DNA from: Candidatus Moraniibacteriota bacterium
GTDB lineage: Bacteria > Patescibacteriota > Minisyncoccia > Moranbacterales > UBA11712
NCBI GenBank assembly: GCA_030679895.1
Contig: JAUXSN010000026.1
Coordinates: 24,661-88,660, forward strand
Length of the DNA stretch: 64,000 nt
Reading direction: 5' to 3'
Within the stretch, counting starts at the first letter, position 1; each line of letters begins with the position of its first letter. The notes below the pieces were generated by a model, which saw only the letters and a list, made by a program, of their open reading frames with translations, had not been told where the DNA came from and made no database searches. Below, piece after piece: positions 35,184 through 43,150 of this stretch. Made by a program: the position numbers and the translations under genes.

Positions 35184-38135
35184 TCACTTCCTTAAAATTT
35201 CTTTAAGAAATTTTGCTGTATAACTTTCCTTGTGATATTTCACCACTTCCTCCGGCGGGCCGGTGACGACGACGCGTCCGCCAAGGTCACCGCCTTCGGG
35301 ACCAAGATCAATTATCCAATCCGCCGTTTTGATGACATCCATATTATGTTCGATCACGATCACGGTATTTCCCGCTTCGACCAAACGGTTGAGAACGCCC
35401 AACAACTTCTTGATATCTTCAAAATGCAGTCCGGTGGTCGGCTCGTCCAATATGTACAGGGTATCACCCGACGAGCGGCGCGACAATTCCGTGGCCAGTT
35501 TGATCCTCTGCGCTTCCCCGCCGGAAAGAGTGGTCGCCGATTGGCCGAGATTGATATACCCAAGTCCCACGTCTTCGAGAACCTTGAGCGCTTCATGAAT
35601 CGCCGGGAAATTTTCAAAAAAATCTTTGGCTTCGCTCACCGTCATCGCCAAAACATCGGCAATGGTTTTTCCTTTATATTTCACTTGCAAGGTTTCGCTG
35701 TTATAGCGCTTTCCGGAACATACGTCGCAAGGAAGATAAACGTCCGGCATAAATTGCATTTCGATCTTGAGAAATCCTTCGCCGGCGCAATTGTCGCAAC
35801 GCCCGCCATTCACATTGAAAGAAAATCTTCCCGGGCCATAACCGCGTTGTTTGGCTTCTCTCGTCATGGCAAACAAAGTCCGGATCGGCGTGAAAAGTCC
35901 GGTGTAAGTCGCCGGATTGGACCGCGGCGTGCGACCGATCGGAGACTGGTCGATGTGGATCACTTTGTCGACATATTGCGTCCCAAGAATTTCTTTGTGC
36001 CGCCCCGGCCGCTCGAGTGAGCGCATAATTTTCGACGACAAACCTTTCCCCAGTATATCCTCAACCAGTGTCGATTTTCCGCTACCGCTGACACCCGTCA
36101 CACAAGTCAATGTTTTCAGGGGAAATTCGACTGTTATACTCTTGAGATTGTGTTCAGTGGCACCTTTCACAGTGAGCCACTTTTTGTTTTTCACCGGACG
36201 GCGGAATTTGGGAATTTCTATTTCAGCATCACCTCGCAAATATTTTCCCGTGATCGATTTTTTTTCTTTTTCGATATCCTTCACCGAACCTTCGGCCACG
36301 ATTTCTCCGCCAAGTTTTCCCGCTCCCGGACCGATATCAACCAGATGATCGGCCGCCCGGATCGTTTCTTCGTCGTGTTCAATGACAATGACCGTGTTCC
36401 CGATATCTCTCAATTTGAGCAATGTTTCAAGTAATTTCGCATTATCTCGCGCGTGAAGCCCTACTGACGGCTCGTCGAGGATATACAAAACTCCGACTAA
36501 TTGCGATCCAATCTGGGAAGCGAGGCGGATTCTCTGCGTTTCGCCACCGGCCAAAGTATTGGCGGATCTGCCCAAGGTCAAATACCCAAGACCCACATCC
36601 TCCAAAAACTTCAAACGATTTTTCACCTCTTTGAGAATTCTGTCGGCGATTATTTTTTCCCGCTCGTTTAATTTTATGCCTTCAAAAAATTTCAGCGTTT
36701 CATTCACGCTCACGGTTGAAATTTCGGATACATTTTTTCCGCCAACAGTCACAAGCAACGCTTCGGGTTTGTATCTCGATCCTCGACAAGCGCCGCAGGG
36801 ACTTTGGGACATATATTTTTCAATGCCTTCCCGCACCGCTTCCGAATCGGTCTTGAAATATCGGTCGCGCAAAAATCCGACCACGCCCTTCCATTCGATC
36901 TCCCATTTCCAGATCGATCCTGTTTTTGAATGGAATCTCACCGGTATCTCGTCGGCCGGATCATCGCCATTCACAAGCAGTTCTTGCTGGCGGTCCGTGA
37001 GATTCCGGAAACGAACATTGTCCGGAATGGAATAAAAATTCGTCACCGAGCGCAAAATAGTCCCGTAATAATTATTGCGCTTATACGTCCAGGGAATAAT
37101 CGCCCCTTCGGCGATGGTCTTCGTTTTGTCAGGAATTACCATATCGGGATCAATTTCTTTTTTTGTTCCCAGTCCTTCACATTCGGGACACGCTCCCTGC
37201 GGACTATTGAAAGAAAACAGCCGCGGCTCCAGTTCCGGAAAAACAGCATCTTCGTGATCAGGACAGGCCATGTTTTGATTATATATCTGCTCGGATTTTC
37301 CATTGCGCACTTTCACAAATCCTTTCGACAGCTTTAGCGCGCTTTCTGCACCTTCAAATATCCGGCTTATATTTTTATCATTCATTTCGATCGTATCGAT
37401 CAAAATATCAATACTGTGCTTTTTGTATCTGGCTAAAATTTTGCCTTTTTTGGCTTCTTCTTCGAGATTTACTTTTTTGCCATCAATATATGCTTCCGAA
37501 AATCCACGTTTCCACATTTCCGCAAGCAAGGTCGCGTAATCACCCTTTCTCTCGCGTACGACTGGTGAAAGAATTTCAATTTTCAAACTTTTTTCTTTTT
37601 TGTCATCCCCGTGAAAACGGGGATCCAGTTTTGCCTGGTCACTGGAACTTTTCTGGATTCCCACGGAGTTTATCCTCGTGAAAACGGGGACGGGAATGAC
37701 AAGATTGGACAAATCAAATATTCTATCAACTACTTCATCAATCGAAAGTTTTGAAATCTCTTTTTCGCACACCGGACAATGCGTCACGCCGATCTTGGCA
37801 TATAAAAGCCTCAAATAGTCATGAATTTCAGTCACCGTTCCCACCGTCGAGCGCGGATTGTGCGACGCCGCTTTCTGGTCAATCGAAATCGCCGGGCTCA
37901 AGCCTTCGATCGAATCCACATCCGGTTTTTCCATCTGTCCCAAAAACTGCCGGGCATAACTCGAAAGACTCTCGAGATACCGCCTCTGCCCCTCGGCAAA
38001 AATTGTATCAAAAGCCAGCGTCGATTTCCCCGACCCGCTGATGCCCGTGAAAACAATAAACTTCCCCCGAGGTAGTTCAAGGTTTATATTCTTCAAATTA
38101 TGCTCTCGCGCGCCGCGAATTATTATTTTATCCAT
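35184..38135 (-). CDS. uvrA: Excinuclease ABC subunit A
   Basis: GAREHNLK, two ABC modules, Zn fingers, LDEPTTGLH. Confidence 0.97.
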   Translation of the reverse strand: MDKIIIRGAREHNLKNINLELPRGKFIVFTGISGSGKSTLAFDTIFAEGQRRYLESLSSYARQFLGQMEKPDVDSIEGLSPAISIDQKAASHNPRSTVGTVTEIHDYLRLLYAKIGVTHCPVCEKEISKLSIDEVVDRIFDLSNLVIPVPVFTRINSVGIQKSSSDQAKLDPRFHGDDKKEKSLKIEILSPVVRERKGDYATLLAEMWKRGFSEAYIDGKKVNLEEEAKKGKILARYKKHSIDILIDTIEMNDKNISRIFEGAESALKLSKGFVKVRNGKSEQIYNQNMACPDHEDAVFPELEPRLFSFNSPQGACPECEGLGTKKEIDPDMVIPDKTKTIAEGAIIPWTYKRNNYYGTILRSVTNFYSIPDNVRFRNLTDRQQELLVNGDDPADEIPVRFHSKTGSIWKWEIEWKGVVGFLRDRYFKTDSEAVREGIEKYMSQSPCGACRGSRYKPEALLVTVGGKNVSEISTVSVNETLKFFEGIKLNEREKIIADRILKEVKNRLKFLEDVGLGYLTLGRSANTLAGGETQRIRLASQIGSQLVGVLYILDEPSVGLHARDNAKLLETLLKLRDIGNTVIVIEHDEETIRAADHLVDIGPGAGKLGGEIVAEGSVKDIEKEKKSITGKYLRGDAEIEIPKFRRPVKNKKWLTVKGATEHNLKSITVEFPLKTLTCVTGVSGSGKSTLVEDILGKGLSSKIMRSLERPGRHKEILGTQYVDKVIHIDQSPIGRTPRSNPATYTGLFTPIRTLFAMTREAKQRGYGPGRFSFNVNGGRCDNCAGEGFLKIEMQFMPDVYLPCDVCSGKRYNSETLQVKYKGKTIADVLAMTVSEAKDFFENFPAIHEALKVLEDVGLGYINLGQSATTLSGGEAQRIKLATELSRRSSGDTLYILDEPTTGLHFEDIKKLLGVLNRLVEAGNTVIVIEHNMDVIKTADWIIDLGPEGGDLGGRVVVTGPPEEVVKYHKESYTAKFLKEILRK
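37600..37702. repeat. Family B REP-like doublet inserted in frame in uvrA
   Basis: TTGTCATCCCCGTGAAAACGGGGATCCAG ... CTGGATTCCC...GGGAATGACAA. Confidence 0.9.
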
Positions 38136-38142
38136 GGTCTTT

Positions 38143-38188
38143 GCTAAAGCTTAGCCTTAGCGAGCCGCCGCTAAGGCTAAGCTTTAGC
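38143..38188. repeat. Palindromic repeat, family A
   Basis: Perfect 20-bp IR GCTAAAGCTTAGCCTTAGCG, 7 nt upstream of the uvrA ATG. Confidence 0.88.
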
Positions 38189-38230
38189 TCGCATAGTTTC
38201 CTAACACAAAAATTCCCCATTTAAGGCTTG

Positions 38231-38329
38231 CTCCGTACCAAATATCTTTGAGAATAAGTTTCTGATTTGCAAATACAAAAACTTACCCCAAATTGGCACA
38301 TATACACACCAACATATTTTGGTGCGGGG
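38231..38329. repeat. MITE/REPIN-like element with CYCCGYACCAA terminal inverted repeats
   Basis: CTCCGTACCAAATAT ... ATATTTTGGTGCGGGG. Confidence 0.65.
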
Positions 38330-38543
38330 GTTTCACTAATATAATACTATTGAACTAATAAATCAATTATAAAAAGGGATAATTAACCTAAATAAAAACT
38401 ACTTCTATACAAACCGTTTAGGGATTTACATAGAAGTAGTGGAGACGGTGCAATTCGTCCCCAAGAAAGATAGAATATCTGTATTGCACTCGAATGTAAT
38501 AATTCGAACAGATATTGCAGCTTCAGCCAACGGCTTTGGCTTT

Positions 38544-38945
38544 CTATGCCATCGCCAGTCTTTCCTCAAGCGCAGCTCGGAGTGAGGCTTCCAAAAGCTG
38601 AAGGGGTTCTCCAGGAACTCTATACACCATAGGGCTTTCAAGTAATTTTCCGACGGTGTATTCGATCGCCTCTCCCTTATTGAAGCCGGCCACCACGGTG
38701 TCAATTTTGTGGCATAAGAGCCGATAGGGAAAGATATCATACTGTTCCCACGTGGTAAGAAGGAAAACATCTCTATCCACTTTAAGAGAATATCGGAAGG
38801 TGTAACCCATCTCGCCATGTTCAATTTTGACCCAAATTTCAGGGCTGGTGACATTTGGGTCGACCAGAAACCTAAAGGAAGTTTCCTCTCCCGAGCATCG
38901 CGACTGCGGGATCTCCCTTTTTCCCTCAATTTTAAGCAACTCCAT
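38544..38945 (-). CDS. Hypothetical protein
   Basis: AAGGAG SD before ATG 38945; 133 aa. Confidence 0.65.
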   Translation of the reverse strand: MELLKIEGKREIPQSRCSGEETSFRFLVDPNVTSPEIWVKIEHGEMGYTFRYSLKVDRDVFLLTTWEQYDIFPYRLLCHKIDTVVAGFNKGEAIEYTVGKLLESPMVYRVPGEPLQLLEASLRAALEERLAMA

Positions 38946-39025
38946 AGGCCGCTCCTTTTGTGCGTTTTTATTCCCCAATTAAAGGGGAATGTTTAATTTA
39001 AGCAAATAAAAATTCATTTGTCCAG

Positions 39026-41026
39026 CTACCCCATCTGCAATTTCCGCAGCTGAATTATTTCATCCCGGATCACCGCCGCTTTTTCGAATTCCATATTTCG
39101 GGCGGCGGTTTTCATTTCCATTTCTTTTTGCTTGATATATCCAGCGATGTCCTCGAGCGATTCCAGTTTCACGAATTCGCGCGGGACTTCAGGTTTCAGT
39201 TCATGGTCAACAATAGATTCGATCTTCTTCTGGATGGTTTTTGGCGTAATGTGATGCAGTTTGTTGTATTTCGTCTGCGTTGCGCGCCGGCGGTTGGTTT
39301 CGTCTATCGCCCGCCTCATTGAGCCGGTAATATGATCGGCATATAAGATAACCCGCCCGGAAATGTTTCTTGCCGCGCGGCCAATGGTCTGAATGAGCGA
39401 AGTTTCCGAGCGTAAAAATCCTTCTTTGTCTGCGTCGAGTATTGTGACGAGTGTTACTTCCGGCAAGTCCAAACCTTCCCGCAAAAGATTCACCCCAACG
39501 AGAACATCGAATTTTCCTCTTCGCAAATTTTCCAAAATCCGCACCCGCTCCATCGTATCCACTCCTGAATGCAAATATTCGGCTTTTATCTGGCTTTCTT
39601 TGAGGAAATCCGAAAGATCTTCAGCCATTTTTTTCGTCAGCGTCGTGACTAAAACCCTTTCTTTTTTATCTACTACTTTTTTAATTTCGGAAATAACATC
39701 CTTGATTTGACCCTTTGCAGGTTTTATCACTAATTCGGGATCTATCAAGCCGGTCGGACGGATGATTTGCTCGACAATCTGCTTCTTGGAGCCTAAAGCC
39801 CCAATTGGGGCTTTAGGCTCCAAACTATGGGATATTTCATAATCCGCCGGAGTCGCCGAAGTGAAAATAACTTGGTTTATTTTGTTCTCAAATTCCGAAA
39901 ATTTGAGAGGTCGATTATCATAAGCGCTCGGAAGACGAAAACCATTATCAATAAGAGTTTTTTTGCGCGCGTGATCCCCATTATACATTCCATTGAGTTG
40001 CGGGACGGTGACGTGTGATTCATCAATGACAATCAGAAAATTTTTATCAAAATAGTCCACAAGAGTATACGGCGCCTCCCCTGGCGCGCGGCCGGTGAGA
40101 TATCGCGAATAATTTTCAATTCCGTTACAATAGCCGATCTCACGCATCATTTCCAGATCCTGTTTGGTGCGACGCCAAATCCTTTCAGCTTCCAGTAATT
40201 TGTTATGTTTTTTAAAATACGCCACCCGCTCATTAAGCTCTTTTTCAATTTCTTTGAGTGCCTCTTCCATCACCGGCTCGGGCACGACAAAATGTTTCGC
40301 CGGATAAATCAAAACTTTTTCCAAATTACCCAGTGCCTCGCCGGTCAAAAAATCATATTCGCTGATTTTTGCTATTTTATCATTCTTGAGTTCTATTCTC
40401 GTCACGATTTCCCTTGATGGCGACATTATTTCAATCGTCTCTCCGTGAGAGCGAAATTTCCCGCGGGACAAATGTTCCGAGCGAAGAAAATGCATTTCCG
40501 TGAGATCCCTGATCAATTTTTCCCGGTCAATCGCTTCTCCAATTTTGAGGCTCAAAGAAATATCTTCATAGAATTCCGGCGATCCCAAGCCGTAGATGCA
40601 AGAAACGGACGCGACAATGACCACATCTTTTCGCGACATCACCGCCACCGTCGCCGCGTGCCGCAACCGGTCAATCTCGTCATTTATCTGGGACTCTTTT
40701 TCAATATATGTGTCGGAGGATGCAATATACGCTTCCGGCTGGTAGTAATCATAGTAAGAGACAAAATATTCCACCGCGCTTTTCGGAAAAAAAGTCCGAA
40801 ATTCCTGCGCCAATTGCGCCGCTAGCGTCTTGTTCGGCGCGATCACCAGAGTCGGCTTTTGCACATTCTCAATCACATTCGCCATCGTGAAAGTCTTCCC
40901 GGAACCGGTCACACCGAGAAGAGTTTGAAATTTATTTCCTCGCTTTAAGCCAGCGGTCAATTGCTCGATCGCCTTCGGCTGATCGCCATCGGGTTTGAAT
41001 TTTGAGGATATTTTAAATTTAGACAT
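39026..41026 (-). CDS. uvrB: Excinuclease ABC subunit B
   Basis: GDQP, GVTGSGKT, SYYDYYQPEAY, DESH, QTIGRAAR, UVR tail. Confidence 0.97.
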   Translation of the reverse strand: MSKFKISSKFKPDGDQPKAIEQLTAGLKRGNKFQTLLGVTGSGKTFTMANVIENVQKPTLVIAPNKTLAAQLAQEFRTFFPKSAVEYFVSYYDYYQPEAYIASSDTYIEKESQINDEIDRLRHAATVAVMSRKDVVIVASVSCIYGLGSPEFYEDISLSLKIGEAIDREKLIRDLTEMHFLRSEHLSRGKFRSHGETIEIMSPSREIVTRIELKNDKIAKISEYDFLTGEALGNLEKVLIYPAKHFVVPEPVMEEALKEIEKELNERVAYFKKHNKLLEAERIWRRTKQDLEMMREIGYCNGIENYSRYLTGRAPGEAPYTLVDYFDKNFLIVIDESHVTVPQLNGMYNGDHARKKTLIDNGFRLPSAYDNRPLKFSEFENKINQVIFTSATPADYEISHSLEPKAPIGALGSKKQIVEQIIRPTGLIDPELVIKPAKGQIKDVISEIKKVVDKKERVLVTTLTKKMAEDLSDFLKESQIKAEYLHSGVDTMERVRILENLRRGKFDVLVGVNLLREGLDLPEVTLVTILDADKEGFLRSETSLIQTIGRAARNISGRVILYADHITGSMRRAIDETNRRRATQTKYNKLHHITPKTIQKKIESIVDHELKPEVPREFVKLESLEDIAGYIKQKEMEMKTAARNMEFEKAAVIRDEIIQLRKLQMG

Positions 41027-41187
41027 GCTGAGAGGGTTTACTTGCCCCGTCAAATTCGCGAAGTGAAAATTTGACGGGGGAACTTTGAAGATATTTGAAA
41101 TTTCATGTTCAACTATTATACACACGAAAAAACAAAAAGTCTACATCTAGATTAGCATGAATTATAATATAGTGATATAGTGATAGT

Positions 41188-42384
41188 ATGTTCAAACGTG
41201 GAATTGCTACATTCACTCTTGATTATGGCAAATGCCCGAAATGGCTTTTTGAGCGGATGGTGAAATTGGGACGGGAAATGTCGCGGGTCATCATTGCCGA
41301 ATACGGGCCGGACGAATTTGTGAAACGGATTGCCGATCCGGTCTGGTTTCAGGCACTCGGAACGGTGCTCGCTTTTGATTGGAACGCGTCGGGATTGACG
41401 ACCATTCTCACCGCGGCTTTGAAAGAAGCGATCCGCGGAGAAGAAAGAGATTTGGGAATATATATTTGCGGAGGGAAAGGAAAAACTTCCCTCAAAACTC
41501 CGGAGCAGATCAGTTTGTTCGGCGCGCGAGCGGAGCTTTCGCAGGAAAAAATAAATTCGCTGGAATACAATTCCCGCATGGCCGCCAAAGTTGATTCTTC
41601 TCTCGTTCAAGACGGATTCCAGATTTATCACCATTGCTTTTTCTTTTCGCAAAACGGCGTATGGGCAGTGGTTCAACAGGGAATGAATGAAAAAAATGTA
41701 ACGGCGCGACGCTATCACTGGTTTTCAGACGACGCCAAGAATATGGTCATCGAACCGCACGCTGGAATAATTTCAGATGGCCAGCATACCGGACTCAATA
41801 TGACTGCAAGAGAAAGTGAAAATACACAAAAGATCAGCACCGAGCTTGTGCAAGGAAGTTATAATACGCTGATGAAGGATTTAAAACTATTGAGCAAATA
41901 TCCAATCAACAGGAAGTCCAACTTCCAAAAGGGAATTTGGACTTCCTCGTCGACGCCGCAGAGCCAAGTTGTATCGATTAAAAACAAAAAACAGGAGTTA
42001 ACCCTGTTAAACTTAACCGATCTAAATTTCAAAACCCACCCCGTTCTCTTAGAAGACTTCACCAAAAGCAAATACCTGCAAAAAATACTTTATGAAGTAA
42101 ATGAAATAAAACCGAAAAATTATGAACAACTTTTGTCCCTCAAAGGCGTCGGACCGAAAACCATCCGCGCGCTCGCCCTCACCGCCGAAGTGATCTACGG
42201 CGCCAAAGCTTCCTACGAAGATCCCGCTCGCTACTCCTTCGCCCACGGCGGGAAAGATTTTATCCCCTACCCCGTCGACCGCCCGACATATAATCAAACC
42301 ATCGCCACCATGCGCCAGCTTGCATCCAAGATGAAAATTGGATATAGTGAAAAAAATAAGGTAACGGATCGACTTATAATATAA
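41188..42384 (+). CDS. DUF763-family protein
   Basis: PKWLFERM, DWNASGLTT, GGKG, LVQDGFQIYHH, WAVVQQGMN, ARRYHW, GVGPKTIRAL, SFAHGGKD. Confidence 0.85.
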   Translation: MFKRGIATFTLDYGKCPKWLFERMVKLGREMSRVIIAEYGPDEFVKRIADPVWFQALGTVLAFDWNASGLTTILTAALKEAIRGEERDLGIYICGGKGKTSLKTPEQISLFGARAELSQEKINSLEYNSRMAAKVDSSLVQDGFQIYHHCFFFSQNGVWAVVQQGMNEKNVTARRYHWFSDDAKNMVIEPHAGIISDGQHTGLNMTARESENTQKISTELVQGSYNTLMKDLKLLSKYPINRKSNFQKGIWTSSSTPQSQVVSIKNKKQELTLLNLTDLNFKTHPVLLEDFTKSKYLQKILYEVNEIKPKNYEQLLSLKGVGPKTIRALALTAEVIYGAKASYEDPARYSFAHGGKDFIPYPVDRPTYNQTIATMRQLASKMKIGYSEKNKVTDRLII

Positions 42385-42399
42385 ATAACAGTAAAAAAT

Positions 42400-42849
42400 A
42401 TGGAAAAAAGTCAGCCAAGAATTGACCCAAAATATATTCCCGCCAGCATGGACGAGCAACAATTTCTTGAAATTCTCCGCATCGATTTTTCTAAGATTGT
42501 TCGTGAAGAACTAGATTCATTTAAAAAACCTGATAATCAAAAAATACTGCAGATAACTGCAAAAATGTTTTTACTGAGAAAAGGCTTTCCCGTCAAATTG
42601 ATGGAAGATCCGACCGGCGGTATAGCCGATTTATGTAATTTTCTTGACAAGATAGGACAACATATTATCAATGAGAGCACCAAAGAAAATGTCGAATTAA
42701 AAACAAAAGCGAGAACGAATCCTGAGGTTCATAAAGCTTTATTAAACCAACAAAAACAAATTGGAGATATGAAAATTGATGAAGAAAAGGCAAGGGACTA
42801 TTTTGGAGAAACACCAGAAGATTTTTTTCTTCGTACGAAAATAAGATAA
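42400..42849 (+). CDS. Hypothetical protein
   Basis: 149-aa ATG ORF directly after the DUF763 gene. Confidence 0.7.
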   Translation: MEKSQPRIDPKYIPASMDEQQFLEILRIDFSKIVREELDSFKKPDNQKILQITAKMFLLRKGFPVKLMEDPTGGIADLCNFLDKIGQHIINESTKENVELKTKARTNPEVHKALLNQQKQIGDMKIDEEKARDYFGETPEDFFLRTKIR

Positions 42850-42867
42850 ATTACCTTTAAGTAAAAC

Positions 42868-42899
42868 AAAAAAGCCTGTCTTTCGAGACTGGCTTTTTT
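42868..42899. terminator. Bidirectional terminator
   Basis: AAAAAAGCCTGTC-TTTCGA-GACTGGCTTTTTT between convergent genes. Confidence 0.75.
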
Positions 42900-42922
42900 G
42901 ATGAGCAATCACTAAAAAGTAA

Positions 42923-43084
42923 TTACTCTGCGGGTGTTTCTTCAACCGGTGCGGCTGGAACTTCTTCTGCCGGCGCTTCCGGAGTTGTTGGCTCCATTAC
43001 CATCGGAGCTTCTTCAGTCGTCTCCTCGGCTGGAGTCGCAGTTGGGTCCACCGGAGCGGCGGTTGGGTTCATATCATCAGTCAT
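42923..43084 (-). CDS. 53-aa acidic Pro/Ala/Glu/Thr-rich microprotein (below the ORF-track cutoff)
   Basis: MTDDMNPTAAPVDPTATPAEETTEEAPMVMEPTTPEAPAEEVPAAPVEETPAE; GC-rich coding patch in AT-rich flanks; terminator follows. Confidence 0.75.
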   Translation of the reverse strand: MTDDMNPTAAPVDPTATPAEETTEEAPMVMEPTTPEAPAEEVPAAPVEETPAE

Positions 43085-43093
43085 GATATTTAT

Positions 43094-43150
43094 AATTAAA
43101 AATTAAAAGTGAAAAATTATATTTAACTTTTCATTTTAAACTTTTAACTT
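43094..43150. repeat. Heptamer-periodic inverted element (TTAAAAR / YTTTTAA)
   Basis: TTAAAAATTAAAAGTGAAAAATTA...TAACTTTTCATTTTAAACTTTTAA. Confidence 0.7.
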
